The position numbers were made by a program, and so were the translations under genes. A DNA stretch of 63,937 nucleotides, counting the filler, from Octopus bimaculoides (taxonomy: Eukaryota): assembly GCF_001194135.2 (NCBI RefSeq). It is 6 parts of 6 records of this genome, joined end to end, with 100 filler letters (N's around TTAATTAATTAA, not from the genome) between each part and the next. Parts side by side here need not be neighbours in the genome. Positions count along the whole stretch, not along the records: positions 59,006 to 63,937 come from NC_068987.1; 5 more parts are not named here. One strand, given 5' to 3'. Of the stretch, positions 63,115 to 63,937 are shown one piece after another. The notes beneath the pieces are model-generated. The model worked only from the letters and a program-made list of their open reading frames with translations, was not told the DNA's origin and ran no database searches. How positions within the stretch are numbered: the stretch's first letter is position 1; each line of letters opens with the position of its first letter.

Positions 63115-63625
63115 GGTACAAGTAAAGCTGCAGTGTGATTAAAAAGCTTTATGGTTCTGGGTTCAATCACACTGAGCTGCACCATGGACAAGTGCCTTCT
63201 ACTGTAGCACCTGGCTGACCAAGATCTTGTAAATGGACATGCTACACAGAAACTGAAAGAAACCCCTCATTTATATATGTATATATATATATATNNNNNN
63301 NNNNATGCTGGAGCACCGCCTTTAGTCAAGCAAATTGACCCCAGGACTTATTTTCGTAAGCCTAGTACTTATTCTATTGGTCTTTTTTCCTGAACCGCTA
63401 GGTTACAGGGACATAAACACACCAGCATCAGTTGTCAAGCGATTTTGGGGGACAAACACAGACACACAAAAATAAACACACACATACATGTATATACATA
63501 TATACAATGGGCTTCTTTCAGTTTCCGTCTACCAAATCCACTCACAAGGCTTCAGTGCCACACAGTGAGACTGAACCTGGAAACGTGATTCGTAAGCAAG
63601 CTACTTACCACACAGCCACTCCTAC
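63115..63625. mobile_element. Two family A SINEs in opposite orientation (+ head 63115-63270; - full copy 63306-63625)
   Basis: Head and tail modules recognisable as in the other copies. Confidence 0.75.
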
Positions 63626-63937
63626 GCCTGTGTATGTATATATATATACATATATATATATGTGTGAGAAAGTTGGTATGTGAAAGCACGTGGTTGGATG
63701 TATAAAAGATAATAAGAGTGAAAAAACTACAGAAGGCTTGTGTTACTCTTCTTTCTCAGACTGGAGCGAACACGACACAATGAAGTAGAGAAAGACAACA
63801 CGAAACCGGTTATTTCTCAAAATACAATGTTTATATACCAAAAAGATTTTATAACATTTTTCTAACATTTTTCTGGCATAATTTAAATATATACTTTAAC
63901 CAAGTAACACAAGCCTTCTGTAGTTTTTTCACTCTTA

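Overview
AT-rich, gap-riddled eukaryotic DNA dominated by repeats. The SINE/LINE families and microsatellite style point to a coleoid cephalopod, probably Octopus; this comes from recalled repeat sequences, not a database search. Five identical 44N-TTAATTAATTAA-44N spacers split the window into six joined scaffolds, so adjacency across them is not guaranteed. There is no complete gene. Two phase-0 exon candidates (60014-60076, 60577-60699, +) suggest an unidentified host gene in the last segment. Recognisable mobile elements are remnants of hATm-like, Charlie/Buster-type hAT, mariner, DD37D/maT, Helitron-like and piggyBac-like DNA transposons; RTE, R4/Dong and CR1/L2/Jockey-group LINEs; two Penelope-like element (PLE) lineages; and several tRNA-derived SINE families. 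The most interesting candidates are (i) a tRNA-headed SINE carrying a hammerhead ribozyme, possibly a PLE-mobilised SINE, (ii) an uninterrupted PLE GIY-YIG ORF behind a strong splice acceptor, (iii) a PHD finger inserted inside an RTE reverse transcriptase, (iv) R4/Dong copies at (TAA)n tracts, and (v) sharp CpG-decay contrasts between copies of one SINE. Most long ORFs in the supplied track are N-gap or microsatellite artefacts. Coordinates and translations were read by hand and element boundaries are approximate.
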